Shown here one piece after another: positions 34,988 through 42,889 of a stretch of 64,000 nt of DNA. How positions within the stretch are numbered: position 1 is the first letter of the stretch; each line of letters starts with the position of its first letter. The DNA is taken from IMG/VR virus record IMGVR_UViG_3300028840_004908. One strand, 5' to 3'. The position numbers and the translations under genes are program-made. Under the pieces are notes generated by a model, which saw nothing but the letters and a program-made list of their open reading frames with translations, was not told the origin of the DNA and made no database searches. Source of the stretch: a virus.

Positions 34988-35168
34988 TTTGCGTTTCCAG
35001 TAGATGCTCTAAAGCGTAAGGGCATCCGTGTTTTGGATTAGCATTGCGATGCATCGCAATACCATAGCTGGAATCATCGACAGTACTACACCACCACTCG
35101 AAACTTTTCGGTTTTCCTCTGACTTTTTGAAAGCACTTACATTTTTGGCAGACTTTTTTACTTAGCAT
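34977..35168 (-). CDS. Cys4 mini-protein family member
   Basis: MLSKKVCQKC...CPYALEHLLETQNAK. Confidence 0.6.
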   Translation of the reverse strand: MLSKKVCQKCKCFQKVRGKPKSFEWWCSTVDDSSYGIAMHRNANPKHGCPYALEHLLETQNAK

Positions 35169-35399
35169 TTAGTTTTTCTCGCGATTTTGCGTTTCCATCA
35201 GGTGTTCTAAACTGTATGGGCACCAATCAGGAATTTCGTTTACTTCGACCGTGTAAAAATCGAACAAATTTCGGGCTTCCTTTATCGGCTTATGATGACA
35301 ATGCACTTTCCCCTGCTCCCACTCTTTCTCAGCCGTGTCATTCCATCTACCCGCTCTGACCCTGTGTTCACACTGCTGGCATATAGCTTTACTCAGCAT
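35169..35399 (-). CDS. Cys4 mini-protein family member
   Basis: MLSKAICQQC...CPYSLEHLMETQN. Confidence 0.6.
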   Translation of the reverse strand: MLSKAICQQCEHRVRAGRWNDTAEKEWEQGKVHCHHKPIKEARNLFDFYTVEVNEIPDWCPYSLEHLMETQNREKN

Positions 35400-35595
35400 T
35401 TATTTTCTCTTGATTTTGCATAAGGTGTTCGAGAGTATAGGGGCACTTATTCGGAGGATTGCTTTCCTTCGTCAAAAACACAATTTCAATGTCCCTTTTC
35501 CAACGGTCGGAGCAACACCATTCTTTTTGTCTATAAGAACCCCATTTTACGCCAATTTTGGCCCAACATTTTTTACAGACTTTTTTACTCAGCAT
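35389..35595 (-). CDS. Cys4 mini-protein family member
   Basis: MLSKKVCKKC...CPYTLEHLMQNQEKINAE. Its stop overlaps the MLSK of the next gene. Confidence 0.6.
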   Translation of the reverse strand: MLSKKVCKKCWAKIGVKWGSYRQKEWCCSDRWKRDIEIVFLTKESNPPNKCPYTLEHLMQNQEKINAE

Positions 35596-35647
35596 TTCTT
35601 TGCTCTCGATTTTGCATATTGGCTTTTATCTTTGAAACGGAGAGACG

Positions 35648-35851
35648 TTATGGCAACTCGTGAAACAGTCCTATAGTTGCATTGTGATGGATGCCATATT
35701 CTTGGATAATTCCTTGAAACGCATTTTCGTCATAAGCCACAGATTGTCCCAAGCGATTGCGTTGCATATTTTCTGAAAAAGCGCCCATCGCCTGAATCAA
35801 GGCACAAGAAGCCTGAGCGAAAATATAAGCAGCTTTTTGTTCATCCGTCAT
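35648..35851 (-). CDS. hypothetical protein (non-family) downstream of a class II promoter
   Basis: MTDEQKAAYIFAQASCALIQAMGAF... AAAGGAGAGAAGT SD. Confidence 0.35.
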   Translation of the reverse strand: MTDEQKAAYIFAQASCALIQAMGAFSENMQRNRLGQSVAYDENAFQGIIQEYGIHHNATIGLFHELP

Positions 35852-35865
35852 ACTTCTCTCCTTTC

Positions 35866-35985
35866 AACTCTTTGAGCCTTTCGTTGAAGACACGATCACT
35901 TGGTTAATTATACAATTAAATCGCTTGATTTTTGCTATTTTTCTTGAGGAGGGTTGAGAAAAATGTTGCTCGATTTTTGGTGATT
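35866..35985 (-). promoter_or_regulatory. class II conserved promoter element (TTGTATAAT), copy 1
   Basis: minus strand CAACATTTTTCTCAACCCTCCTCAAGAAAAATAGCAAAAATCAAGCGATTTAATTGTATAATTAACCAAGTGATCGTGTCTTCAAC. About 90% identical to the copies at 40.7 kb and 46.9 kb. Confidence 0.5.
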
Positions 35986-36159
35986 TTGCATCAAGTGCTC
36001 TAAGATGTACGGGCAGTTATCAGGGATTTCACTGTTGGTATCATATTGAGTATACACTCCAAAGCCACCGGGTTTATCAAGGCGGCAGCTCCATGTTTTA
36101 TCCTTTGTTGAGTTCCATTGCTTTTTCCAGCACTGTTTACAGATTGCTTTGTTCAGCAT
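35935..36159 (-). CDS. Cys4 mini-protein family member
   Basis: MLNKAICKQC...CPYILEHLMQNHQ. The C-terminal tail runs into the class II element. Confidence 0.55.
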   Translation of the reverse strand: MLNKAICKQCWKKQWNSTKDKTWSCRLDKPGGFGVYTQYDTNSEIPDNCPYILEHLMQNHQKSSNIFLNPPQEK

Positions 36160-36334
36160 TTTGTTTTCTCTTGATTTTTGTCATTAGATGCTCCAGAGTA
36201 TATGGGCATTCATTGGGAGGGTCATCGACAGAATCTGCCACTCCAGCAAACCGGCACCACCAGAATTTATCCCAGTGGTACTTTTCCCTGTACAGATAAT
36301 ACGTGCATTGTTTACAGATTTTTCTACTGAGCAT
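36137..36334 (-). CDS. Cys4 mini-protein family member
   Basis: MLSRKICKQC...CPYTLEHLMTK. Confidence 0.55.
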   Translation of the reverse strand: MLSRKICKQCTYYLYREKYHWDKFWWCRFAGVADSVDDPPNECPYTLEHLMTKIKRKQNAEQSNL

Positions 36335-36344
36335 TTTGTTTCGC

Positions 36345-36530
36345 TCAATTTTTCATTAGGTGTTCCAAAGAATATGGGCAGCAGTCAGGTGGCGACTTTG
36401 AGCTATGAAACCAATCAGTCTTACATGGGAACAAGACTCCTCTGGCCCATTCTTTTAGAGTATAATCATACATCCAGTTATCGTAGCCATCATGTTTATT
36501 ACAACGTTGGCAGATTGCTTTACTCAGCAT
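36345..36530 (-). CDS. Cys4 mini-protein family member
   Basis: MLSKAICQRC...CPYSLEHLMKN. Confidence 0.55.
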   Translation of the reverse strand: MLSKAICQRCNKHDGYDNWMYDYTLKEWARGVLFPCKTDWFHSSKSPPDCCPYSLEHLMKN

Positions 36531-37002
36531 TTTTTGTCGCCTTCTGTATTACTTCCCACCAGTCATCACCGAGTTCTTCACCTTCAACGTCAAACTTGCC
36601 GAGGTCAATGAAGTAGCCTTTTAGGAAATTTTTATGGTTCAAATGTTGGACGATATTTGCAACCAAATCTTTTGCTTCCTTGTATGCTTCCTCGCCTTTG
36701 TGCGTGCTTTCCAGCACGTAGGCAGTCGGCAAGTATCCACCATCGCCAATTGTGTCACCCACTGTTATTCTTATGTCCCAAGTATCTCCATGCTTGAAAT
36801 ATCTCTTATCGACGCATCGGGCCATGAAGAATATGCCAACAACAGGATCACGCACTTCGAAGAAAATCATCAGCCGTTCTTTTCCGTGTCCGCAGCAGGA
36901 ACCCGTTGTTCTGATGCCGGGCATACAGTTCATGGCGTCACACAGTTCAATGACTTCTGAATCCATTTGGTTATCATACTGATTTTTCTTGAAGGTTATC
37001 AT
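36520..37002 (-). CDS. hypothetical protein (non-family, 160 aa) embedded in the array
   Basis: MITFKKNQYDNQMDSEVIELCDAMNCMPGIRTTGSCCGHG... It ends in NAE like the family members. Confidence 0.45.
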   Translation of the reverse strand: MITFKKNQYDNQMDSEVIELCDAMNCMPGIRTTGSCCGHGKERLMIFFEVRDPVVGIFFMARCVDKRYFKHGDTWDIRITVGDTIGDGGYLPTAYVLESTHKGEEAYKEAKDLVANIVQHLNHKNFLKGYFIDLGKFDVEGEELGDDWWEVIQKATKNAE

Positions 37003-37253
37003 GTTGTCCTTTCAGCATTTTGCGTTCTCATAAGATGTTCGAGACTATATGGACAATTATCAGGCGGACCTTTTTTTGGGTCTATGCCGTCAAACTCTTT
37101 GTCTTCCGTAAATTCTCCGCTTTCTGAAAACAAGGGGCAATCAAACTCTCCTTTGTTCCAGTATTTTTCATCATACTTGGTCCAACTCTTTCGGCCCATT
37201 TTTCTCCAGCATTTTTTACAGACTTCTTTATTCAACATCATTTTGCGTTTCAA
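36999..37253 (-). CDS. Cys4 mini-protein family member
   Basis: internal MLNKEVCKKC...CPYSLEHLMRTQNAE. Confidence 0.55.
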   Translation of the reverse strand: MKRKMMLNKEVCKKCWRKMGRKSWTKYDEKYWNKGEFDCPLFSESGEFTEDKEFDGIDPKKGPPDNCPYSLEHLMRTQNAERTT

Positions 37254-37416
37254 CTACATGTTCTAAGGCAAAAGGACAATGAGCAGGCGGCAAGGACGTT
37301 TTGTAGCATGTTAAAAGGGAACGTTTGCTTGAGGGTGGACATTCACAAACCCAAAACGTAACTGAATATCTCACTCTGTAATGCTCGCACTTTTCACAGA
37401 TTTTTCTACTGAGCAT
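37228..37416 (-). CDS. Cys4 mini-protein family member
   Basis: MLSRKICEKC...CPFALEHVVETQ. Confidence 0.55.
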   Translation of the reverse strand: MLSRKICEKCEHYRVRYSVTFWVCECPPSSKRSLLTCYKTSLPPAHCPFALEHVVETQNDVE

Positions 37417-37649
37417 TTTTGTTTCGCTCGATTTTTATCATTTTGCATTAGATGCTCTAAGGAATACGGACATTGGTCGGAAACTTCAAAGAATTCAGCA
37501 ACAACAAAATATCCTCCTATGAACCTTCTGGCGACGCCTGTGTTATAACATTTCCAAATTCTACTACTCGGCCAAATTTTCTTTTCCCACGCAGTTAGGA
37601 GCAACTCTCTGTAGTAGTCACATTTCTGGCAGACAGTTTTACTAAGCAT
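37371..37649 (-). CDS. Cys4 mini-protein family member
   Basis: MLSKTVCQKC...CPYSLEHLMQN. Confidence 0.55.
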   Translation of the reverse strand: MLSKTVCQKCDYYRELLLTAWEKKIWPSSRIWKCYNTGVARRFIGGYFVVAEFFEVSDQCPYSLEHLMQNDKNRAKQKCSVEKSVKSASITE

Positions 37650-37652
37650 TGT

Positions 37653-37853
37653 TTATGCTTCCATCAAATGTTCAAGAGAATAATCACACCATTTGGGAGC
37701 AACTTTCACCATGATAGAAGTTGCGCAAGGAGCAATTCCTTTGATCGTATAGGGACAAATAGTAATTCCATTGTTCCATTCTTTATCTGCTTCGCGAGAC
37801 CATTCGCCTCTGGCACTTTTCCAACATGTTTTGCATACGCCTTTGTTCAGCAT
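37653..37853 (-). CDS. Cys4 mini-protein family member
   Basis: MLNKGVCKTC...CDYSLEHLMEA. Confidence 0.55.
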   Translation of the reverse strand: MLNKGVCKTCWKSARGEWSREADKEWNNGITICPYTIKGIAPCATSIMVKVAPKWCDYSLEHLMEA

Positions 37854-38070
37854 TTTGCACCTTCATTAGATGTTCCAAAGAATATGGGCATTCAGTAAGT
37901 GTTTCATTTTCAAGTTCTGTGTTTGTCTTCTTTTCACTTTTGCCCCAAAACCATCGACCTTCAATTGGGCACTGGCCATACCTTTTGCACTTCAAGCATA
38001 TTTTATTACTCAGCATGACTTTGATTTTCCAAAAGGTGTTCGAGACTATATGGACACCAGACGGGTACAT
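37783..38070 (-). CDS. Cys4 mini-protein family member
   Basis: internal MLSNKICLKC...CPYSLEHLMKVQNAE. Confidence 0.55.
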   Translation of the reverse strand: MYPSGVHIVSNTFWKIKVMLSNKICLKCKRYGQCPIEGRWFWGKSEKKTNTELENETLTECPYSLEHLMKVQNAEQRRMQNMLEKCQRRMVSRSR

Positions 38071-38177
38071 ACTCGTCTATTGTTGGGTAACAGACTATGC
38101 CTCCTCTTTCCTTCTTTGGTCGCTTTGTTCCGGTCAAAGGATGATGACTGTGCTCACATTGTTCACAGATTTCTTTA

Positions 38178-38441
38178 CTAAGCATTGCTTTGAGTTTCCA
38201 TCAGATGTTCTAAAACAAAAGGACATCGAACAGGCGGTGAACGCCGAATACTTCTACGATACGTGAAACAAGAAACGAATCCTTGTTTCCAACGCAAATC
38301 AGGCGTCAACGCTTTTCCATTTCCAAAAACCTCATCAATTCTAAACCATTGATGATTGAAAGATTTATAGCACCGTTGACATATCGCTTTGCTTAACATT
38401 GTTTCTGCATTTTCAATAGGTGTTCTAAAGAATATGGACAT
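38178..38441 (-). CDS. Cys4 mini-protein family member
   Basis: internal MLSKAICQRC...CPFVLEHLMETQSNA. Confidence 0.55.
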   Translation of the reverse strand: MSIFFRTPIENAETMLSKAICQRCYKSFNHQWFRIDEVFGNGKALTPDLRWKQGFVSCFTYRRSIRRSPPVRCPFVLEHLMETQSNA

Positions 38442-38590
38442 TGGTCGGAAACTTCAAAGAATTCAGTGACAACAACATATCCTCCTATGAATCTTCTGGC
38501 GACGTTTGTGTTGTGACATCTCCACACTCTACCATCCCACCGCAGGGCTTTTGCATCGGGGCATCGTTTACAGATTGCTTTGCTCAGCAT
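38393..38590 (-). CDS. Cys4 mini-protein family member
   Basis: MLSKAICKRC...CPYSLEHLLKMQ. Confidence 0.55.
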   Translation of the reverse strand: MLSKAICKRCPDAKALRWDGRVWRCHNTNVARRFIGGYVVVTEFFEVSDQCPYSLEHLLKMQKQC

Positions 38591-38672
38591 TCACTTCACC
38601 ATTTCAGTTTTGTGCGGGCAATAGTGTGGCGGCTTATCGACAGATGCTTCTACTCAGCATTTTGCGTTTCCA

Positions 38673-38879
38673 TTAAGTGCTCAAGAGCGTAAGGACACCA
38701 TTGAGGTCTTGCCAGAAACTTTTTCTTCGGCGTAAAACCATGTTAGATGGAAACCTGAATGTAAATTGAATAGGACAGCATATTTCTTGCTTTTCTTCCC
38801 AGTGAGCCTCATCTGTTTTTGTCCAACCTGTGACAGCATGGTTTTTCAGGCATGCTTGACACACTTGTTTACTTAGCAT
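38673..38879 (-). pseudogene. Cys4 mini-gene family member with degenerate C-terminus
   Basis: MLSKQVCQACLKNHAVTGW... keeps the N-terminal CxxC. The CPYxLEHL tail is lost and appears frameshifted. Confidence 0.35.
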
Positions 38880-39106
38880 TGTTGCGTTTCCATTAAGTGC
38901 TCAAGAGCGTAAGGACACCAGTCAGGTGGTGGTCTAAACCTCATCGCCACAGCACCGCCTTGTTTTCGGCTATGGTCGAAAGGGCAATTGACAGACCAGC
39001 GGCCCCACGTATATTTGTTGAAATTCGTTTTGGAAAAATCCCAGAGCGTTATTTTCCCAGACATTATTTTCTTCCAGCATTGTTGACATATCTGTTTGCT
39101 AAGCAT
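38873..39106 (-). CDS. Cys4 mini-protein family member
   Basis: MLSKQICQQC...CPYALEHLMETQ. Confidence 0.55.
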   Translation of the reverse strand: MLSKQICQQCWKKIMSGKITLWDFSKTNFNKYTWGRWSVNCPFDHSRKQGGAVAMRFRPPPDWCPYALEHLMETQQC

Positions 39107-39237
39107 TTCACTCTTTCAAGAATTCAGCAGTCCTTGCAATTTGTCGGGCAAGGGGCTTTTTGTTATGTTCTTCAATCAACGCATCGATCAATTCAGTTTG
39201 TTTGGCTGTTATTCTTTCGAGTTCTTTCACATGCATT

Positions 39238-39444
39238 TCAAGCATTTCGATTCTCATTTCCATCTTGATTCTCCATCAGGTGTTCAAGGACAAAAGGACA
39301 ATAGCTTGGAGCAGTTTTCATCTCGGATATTCGGTTTCTGAGCGTTACGACATTACAAAAAGCTTTTTCAGAAAAAGGCGTCAACCTGTCCCGCGAAGTA
39401 AGGACAAGCCTTTCACAGTTCATACAAATTTCTTTACTCAGCAT
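39238..39444 (-). CDS. Cys4 mini-protein family member
   Basis: MLSKEICMNC...CPFVLEHLMENQ. Confidence 0.55.
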   Translation of the reverse strand: MLSKEICMNCERLVLTSRDRLTPFSEKAFCNVVTLRNRISEMKTAPSYCPFVLEHLMENQDGNENRNA

Positions 39445-39658
39445 TTTGAGCTTCCTTTAACGTTTCAAACCACTTCCAAGGAGTATAACCGTTAGTGTAT
39501 TGTGTTTTGTCACAACGATTGCAAATTCTTTTTGCAATTCCTCCGTGAAGGTCGATGGGCCATTTGCCTTTGATGATCTTTTCTTTCCAGCAATGTAAGA
39601 TGCAAATTTTCATTGTACTTGATTTTCCATCAGGTGCTCCAATTGATAAGGGCACCAA
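39434..39658 (-). CDS. divergent Cys4 mini-protein family member
   Basis: internal KRICNRC and terminal ...LKEAQNAE, but no CPY-LEHL. Confidence 0.35.
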   Translation of the reverse strand: MVPLSIGAPDGKSSTMKICILHCWKEKIIKGKWPIDLHGGIAKRICNRCDKTQYTNGYTPWKWFETLKEAQNAE

Positions 39659-39792
39659 TCGGGAGCCGAGTTAGCCTTTCTACACATTTTGAAGGAATAT
39701 ATGAACGCATTACATTCCCAACTATCCTGCTGTTCCTCGCCCAAGAACTGGCTGAAATGCTGACACCGTTGGCATATCTTTTTGCTAAGCAT
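39610..39792 (-). CDS. Cys4 mini-protein family member
   Basis: MLSKKICQRC...CPYQLEHLMENQ. Confidence 0.55.
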   Translation of the reverse strand: MLSKKICQRCQHFSQFLGEEQQDSWECNAFIYSFKMCRKANSAPDWCPYQLEHLMENQVQ

Positions 39793-40102
39793 TGTTTTGA
39801 GCTTCCATAAAGTGCTCTAAGACAAATGGACATTCATTCGGTGCGTTTTGTTTTGTCGAAACAAACGCTTCATGCCTTTCAGTCGTCTCGCCTCGTTTGA
39901 TATTGTCAGCGTGTCTCCAAAGGCAATAAACCGTTTTGTTGTTCCATTCCTCATCGCTTTCTTCAGTCCATTTGAAAATCAACGCAACGTTTTTAGGCCA
40001 TTCATATTCACATGCTTGTTCGTAGGCTCTGGTGCGGCATTTTTTACAGAAACTTTTGTTCAGCATTGCATTTCCAATATGTGTTCCAAGTGATATGGGC
40101 AC
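39785..40102 (-). CDS. Cys4 mini-protein family member
   Basis: internal MLNKSFCKKC...CPFVLEHFMEAQ. Confidence 0.55.
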   Translation of the reverse strand: MPISLGTHIGNAMLNKSFCKKCRTRAYEQACEYEWPKNVALIFKWTEESDEEWNNKTVYCLWRHADNIKRGETTERHEAFVSTKQNAPNECPFVLEHFMEAQNNA

Positions 40103-40284
40103 TCATCCGAAAGATTTTTCGTATTGCTTGCTTTCCAAGCATAATAGCAATGAGTTTTCCGAAGCCATACCGCTTCAAACCATTGATCATAATCGCAACT
40201 ATCTATCGTCCGGTGATGAATCCTTTCCTTATTTGTTTTAACGCTTTTGCCCCAGCACTTTTTACAGATGTCCTTACTCAGCAT
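40060..40284 (-). CDS. Cys4 mini-protein family member
   Basis: MLSKDICKKC...CPYHLEHILEMQ. Confidence 0.55.
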   Translation of the reverse strand: MLSKDICKKCWGKSVKTNKERIHHRTIDSCDYDQWFEAVWLRKTHCYYAWKASNTKNLSDECPYHLEHILEMQC

Positions 40285-40528
40285 GTTGTGCGTCCATCAA
40301 ATGTTCCAAGCTGTATCCGCAGTGGTCAGGCGGTTTTTGAACCTGTGTATTTTCAACCGCCCCTTTCGGAGTCACGCATAGCACAGCGCCATTCTTCCAC
40401 GTTATGTCATCGATGTCCCGCCATCTGAAAGCAGACAATGCCCCTGTGCAGATTTTATTGCGGCATTTTTCACAAACTGCTTTGCTTAGCATTGAGTTTC
40501 CATCAAATGTTCGAGAGCGAATGGACAT
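40274..40528 (-). CDS. Cys4 mini-protein family member
   Basis: internal MLSKAVCEKC...CGYSLEHLMDAQ. Confidence 0.55.
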   Translation of the reverse strand: MSIRSRTFDGNSMLSKAVCEKCRNKICTGALSAFRWRDIDDITWKNGAVLCVTPKGAVENTQVQKPPDHCGYSLEHLMDAQHAE

Positions 40529-40669
40529 CTACTTCTTGGTTCAGAGTCAGGACGCACCATACAAGCACACTTTGGATCAACTATGAAACTACACAGCCAA
40601 TAGCCGATCTGCTTGTGACCTTCAAAAAAGAATTTGCACTTTTTACAAACTTGTTTACTCAGCATTCCG
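40486..40669 (-). CDS. Cys4 mini-protein family member downstream of a class II promoter
   Basis: MLSKQVCKKC...CPFALEHLMETQ. The track ORF 40486..40779 reads through the promoter element. The true start is MLSK. Confidence 0.55.
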
Positions 40670-40690
40670 AAACTCCGTCTCGCGAGTTTT

Positions 40691-40800
40691 GAAGACACGC
40701 TCGCTTGGTTAATTATACAATTAAATCGCTTGATTTTTGCTGGTTTTTTTGAGGAAGGTTGAGAAAAAATGTTGCTCAATTTTTGCCTTTAATAATCGAG
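40691..40800 (-). promoter_or_regulatory. class II conserved promoter element (TTGTATAAT), copy 2
   Basis: minus strand GAGCAACATTTTTTCTCAACCTTCCTCAAAAAAACCAGCAAAAATCAAGCGATTTAATTGTATAATTAACCAAGCGAGCGTGTCTTCAA. It lies 40 nt before the ATGCTGAGT start. Confidence 0.5.
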
Positions 40801-40812
40801 GAGTGAAAAATT

Positions 40813-41094
40813 TCATTGATTTTGCATCAGATGTTCGAGACAATAAGGGCATTTAGCTTTCCCTCGAAAATCGCAATAGAACGTCGCCCTCAAAGGATTT
40901 TCAATGCACTTGCGGCAATATTCATACATCAATCTTCTCAAGTCTTCGCTTGATCTTTTCATCAACATCTTGGCCCTTGCTTCCACCGTTTCATCTTTTG
41001 GCGATGTTACGCCCTCTTCGTACAGTCTATTGAACGCAATAAAAACTGCCATGCCCGCTTTGTCTCTGATCCTTTTGACTTTCTTATTCGGCAA
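40813..41094 (-). CDS. Cys4 mini-protein family member (divergent N-terminus)
   Basis: ...CRKC...CPYCLEHLMQNQ. Confidence 0.45.
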   Translation of the reverse strand: MPNKKVKRIRDKAGMAVFIAFNRLYEEGVTSPKDETVEARAKMLMKRSSEDLRRLMYEYCRKCIENPLRATFYCDFRGKAKCPYCLEHLMQNQ

Positions 41095-41335
41095 TGACGT
41101 GCTCCAGAGAATACTCGCAATGGTCGGGAACTTTCTTGTTTGAAAATCTGCTTATGAAAATCGGAACATTATCAGGTCGCCTATCCCAAACTTTCTCCGG
41201 AATCGGGCATCGGACTTTCCCTTTCTCCCAAAGCTCATCAGGATAAACTCCGCTGTAAATATCCTCCCAAGGGATATTGTGACGCTCATAACATTTGCTA
41301 CAGATGCTTTTGTTTAGCATTTTGAATCCTGTCAA
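41084..41335 (-). CDS. Cys4 mini-protein family member
   Basis: MLNKSICSKC...CEYSLEHVIAE. Confidence 0.5.
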   Translation of the reverse strand: MTGFKMLNKSICSKCYERHNIPWEDIYSGVYPDELWEKGKVRCPIPEKVWDRRPDNVPIFISRFSNKKVPDHCEYSLEHVIAE

Positions 41336-41727
41336 GCCGTAATCTTCAACGCCTTCCTTACAAGATCAGGAACGTTTCCTTTCCATTCATCAACACCCCA
41401 TTCTTTTGGCACCTGTGACGATGGCTGCTTAAAATCAATGCGCTCATGGGCCGTAACGATTGATCCGTAAGCATGATGATTGTAAGCAGACAGATAGCCC
41501 CCGTCTATCAACGCAACGGTCAGAAGACGTTTTTGTCTTGCGTGCCAGTGCCTCCAGTGTCCATAGCAAAGATGAACAGGTCGGCCATAAACCTCAAAGT
41601 ATTCTTTATCCATAACAAAATGACCAGCAAGAATGTTTGGAATTTGGAAACGGCATCTGTGTGGACAGCGCTGTTTCGTCCCACGTATCAAGGCTTCGCA
41701 TTGTGTGGACCAATCAACTGGTTTCAT
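41332..41727 (-). CDS. hypothetical protein (non-family). Possible metallophosphoesterase-like fragment.
   Basis: YGHWRHWH and LIDGGYLSAYNHHAYG His-rich motifs. 131 aa. Assignment is weak. Confidence 0.4.
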   Translation of the reverse strand: MKPVDWSTQCEALIRGTKQRCPHRCRFQIPNILAGHFVMDKEYFEVYGRPVHLCYGHWRHWHARQKRLLTVALIDGGYLSAYNHHAYGSIVTAHERIDFKQPSSQVPKEWGVDEWKGNVPDLVRKALKITA

Positions 41728-41880
41728 TTCATCTCCATTTTGTTTTGAGTCTCAATCAAATGCTCAAGTTCATAACCGCATTTCATCGGGTTTGCTCTAA
41801 CTATACTGCAATCATACCGATTCCAACGCCACCATTTGTAGATATAGCAGTATGATTTTCTGCATCTTAGACAGATAGTT

Positions 41881-42063
41881 TTACTCACAAACATGCTGTG
41901 TATCCATCAGTTGCTCAAGAATAAAAGGGCAGCTGTCAGGAACTTTGTATTTGATTTTCACCCATCTATATTCCGAATAACGACATCTCCATTCGCTGTT
42001 ATCGTCTTCTGAAATCCACCCTTTACCGCCCCAGCAAGATACGCAGATTCGTTTACTTAGCAT
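41881..42063 (-). CDS. Cys4 mini-protein family member
   Basis: MLSKRICVSC...CPFILEQLMDTQ. Confidence 0.55.
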   Translation of the reverse strand: MLSKRICVSCWGGKGWISEDDNSEWRCRYSEYRWVKIKYKVPDSCPFILEQLMDTQHVCE

Positions 42064-42280
42064 TTTTCTTCACAAGCATGTTGTTATTCCAAGTCAGAAC
42101 AGCAGTGAACTTGGTTTCATAGCAATCTGTTTTCTGATTGCATTTCTCGCACTCCACCCAGTACTTGAGAAGGTCTTCTTTGAGTTCCTCTTGTTTTACC
42201 TTTGGAAAACTGGAGCAACATTTTCTTTGGATTTCATCGTCATTAAACATTTTGATTTTCCAAAAGATGTTCGAGTTCAT
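42053..42280 (-). CDS. hypothetical Cys-containing protein (non-canonical)
   Basis: ...QRKCCSSF...WVECEKCNQKTDC... lacks the family termini. Confidence 0.3.
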   Translation of the reverse strand: MNSNIFWKIKMFNDDEIQRKCCSSFPKVKQEELKEDLLKYWVECEKCNQKTDCYETKFTAVLTWNNNMLVKKNAK

Positions 42281-42419
42281 AAGGACAGCCAGTAGGGAGA
42301 TTGCCCTGTTTGCAAATCAACACGCCCAACCTTTTGCACCAAATATATCCTTTTGCGGCCCAACGGTTTTCCCATTCTGGCTTCTGTTTTTTGCATCTGT
42401 AACAAACAGTTTCACTCAA

Positions 42420-42650
42420 CATTTTGACTTTCTATCAAGTGCTCAAGGCTGTAGGGACAACGAGCAGGCGCGAAACCATCAATACTCGGAAAAGGAGCCA
42501 ATCCACCCCAATTGAACCATCGGTGAGTAATTGGACACGGTGCTTCTTTGCGTTCCCAAAACATTTCAGGACATCCGGTGTCTCGATGTTGCTTGATCCA
42601 TTTGAGTGGCGTATGTTCTTTTTCTCAGCATTTTTTGCAGATAGTTTTAC
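42420..42650 (-). pseudogene. Cys4 mini-gene family member interrupted by an in-frame TGA
   Basis: ATGCTAAGTAAAACTATCTGCAAAAAATGCTGA (MLSKTICKKC-stop). The frame then continues ...PARCPYSLEHLIESQNVE. No intact ORF of 60 aa or more on the minus strand here. Confidence 0.4.
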
Positions 42651-42886
42651 TTAGCATTTTGCACTACATGCTCCAAAGTATAACCACAAAAATCAGGCGG
42701 TGGTTTGTTGATGTCTCGCATCCGTTGCTTCTCTGGATGACCTTTGTGAAAATACCATGGACACATTACCATGTTGTCTTTCCAGCGCTGTTCGTCTTTT
42801 GCTCCGTTTTGTTGCCAGCCCACCCCAAATGTAGTTTTAGGACCAAACCTATCCATGCAAAGTTTACAAGCTTTTTTGCTCAGCAT
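42647..42886 (-). CDS. Cys4 mini-protein family member
   Basis: MLSKKACKLC...CGYTLEHVVQN. Confidence 0.55.
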   Translation of the reverse strand: MLSKKACKLCMDRFGPKTTFGVGWQQNGAKDEQRWKDNMVMCPWYFHKGHPEKQRMRDINKPPPDFCGYTLEHVVQNAK

Positions 42887-42889
42887 TGT

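Noticed and set aside
42420-42650. The in-frame TGA inside a family member could indicate an alternative genetic code (TGA=Trp/Gly).
   Set aside because: TGA is used as a functional stop in many ATGA overlaps throughout the window. A single interrupted unit is better explained as a nonsense pseudogene.
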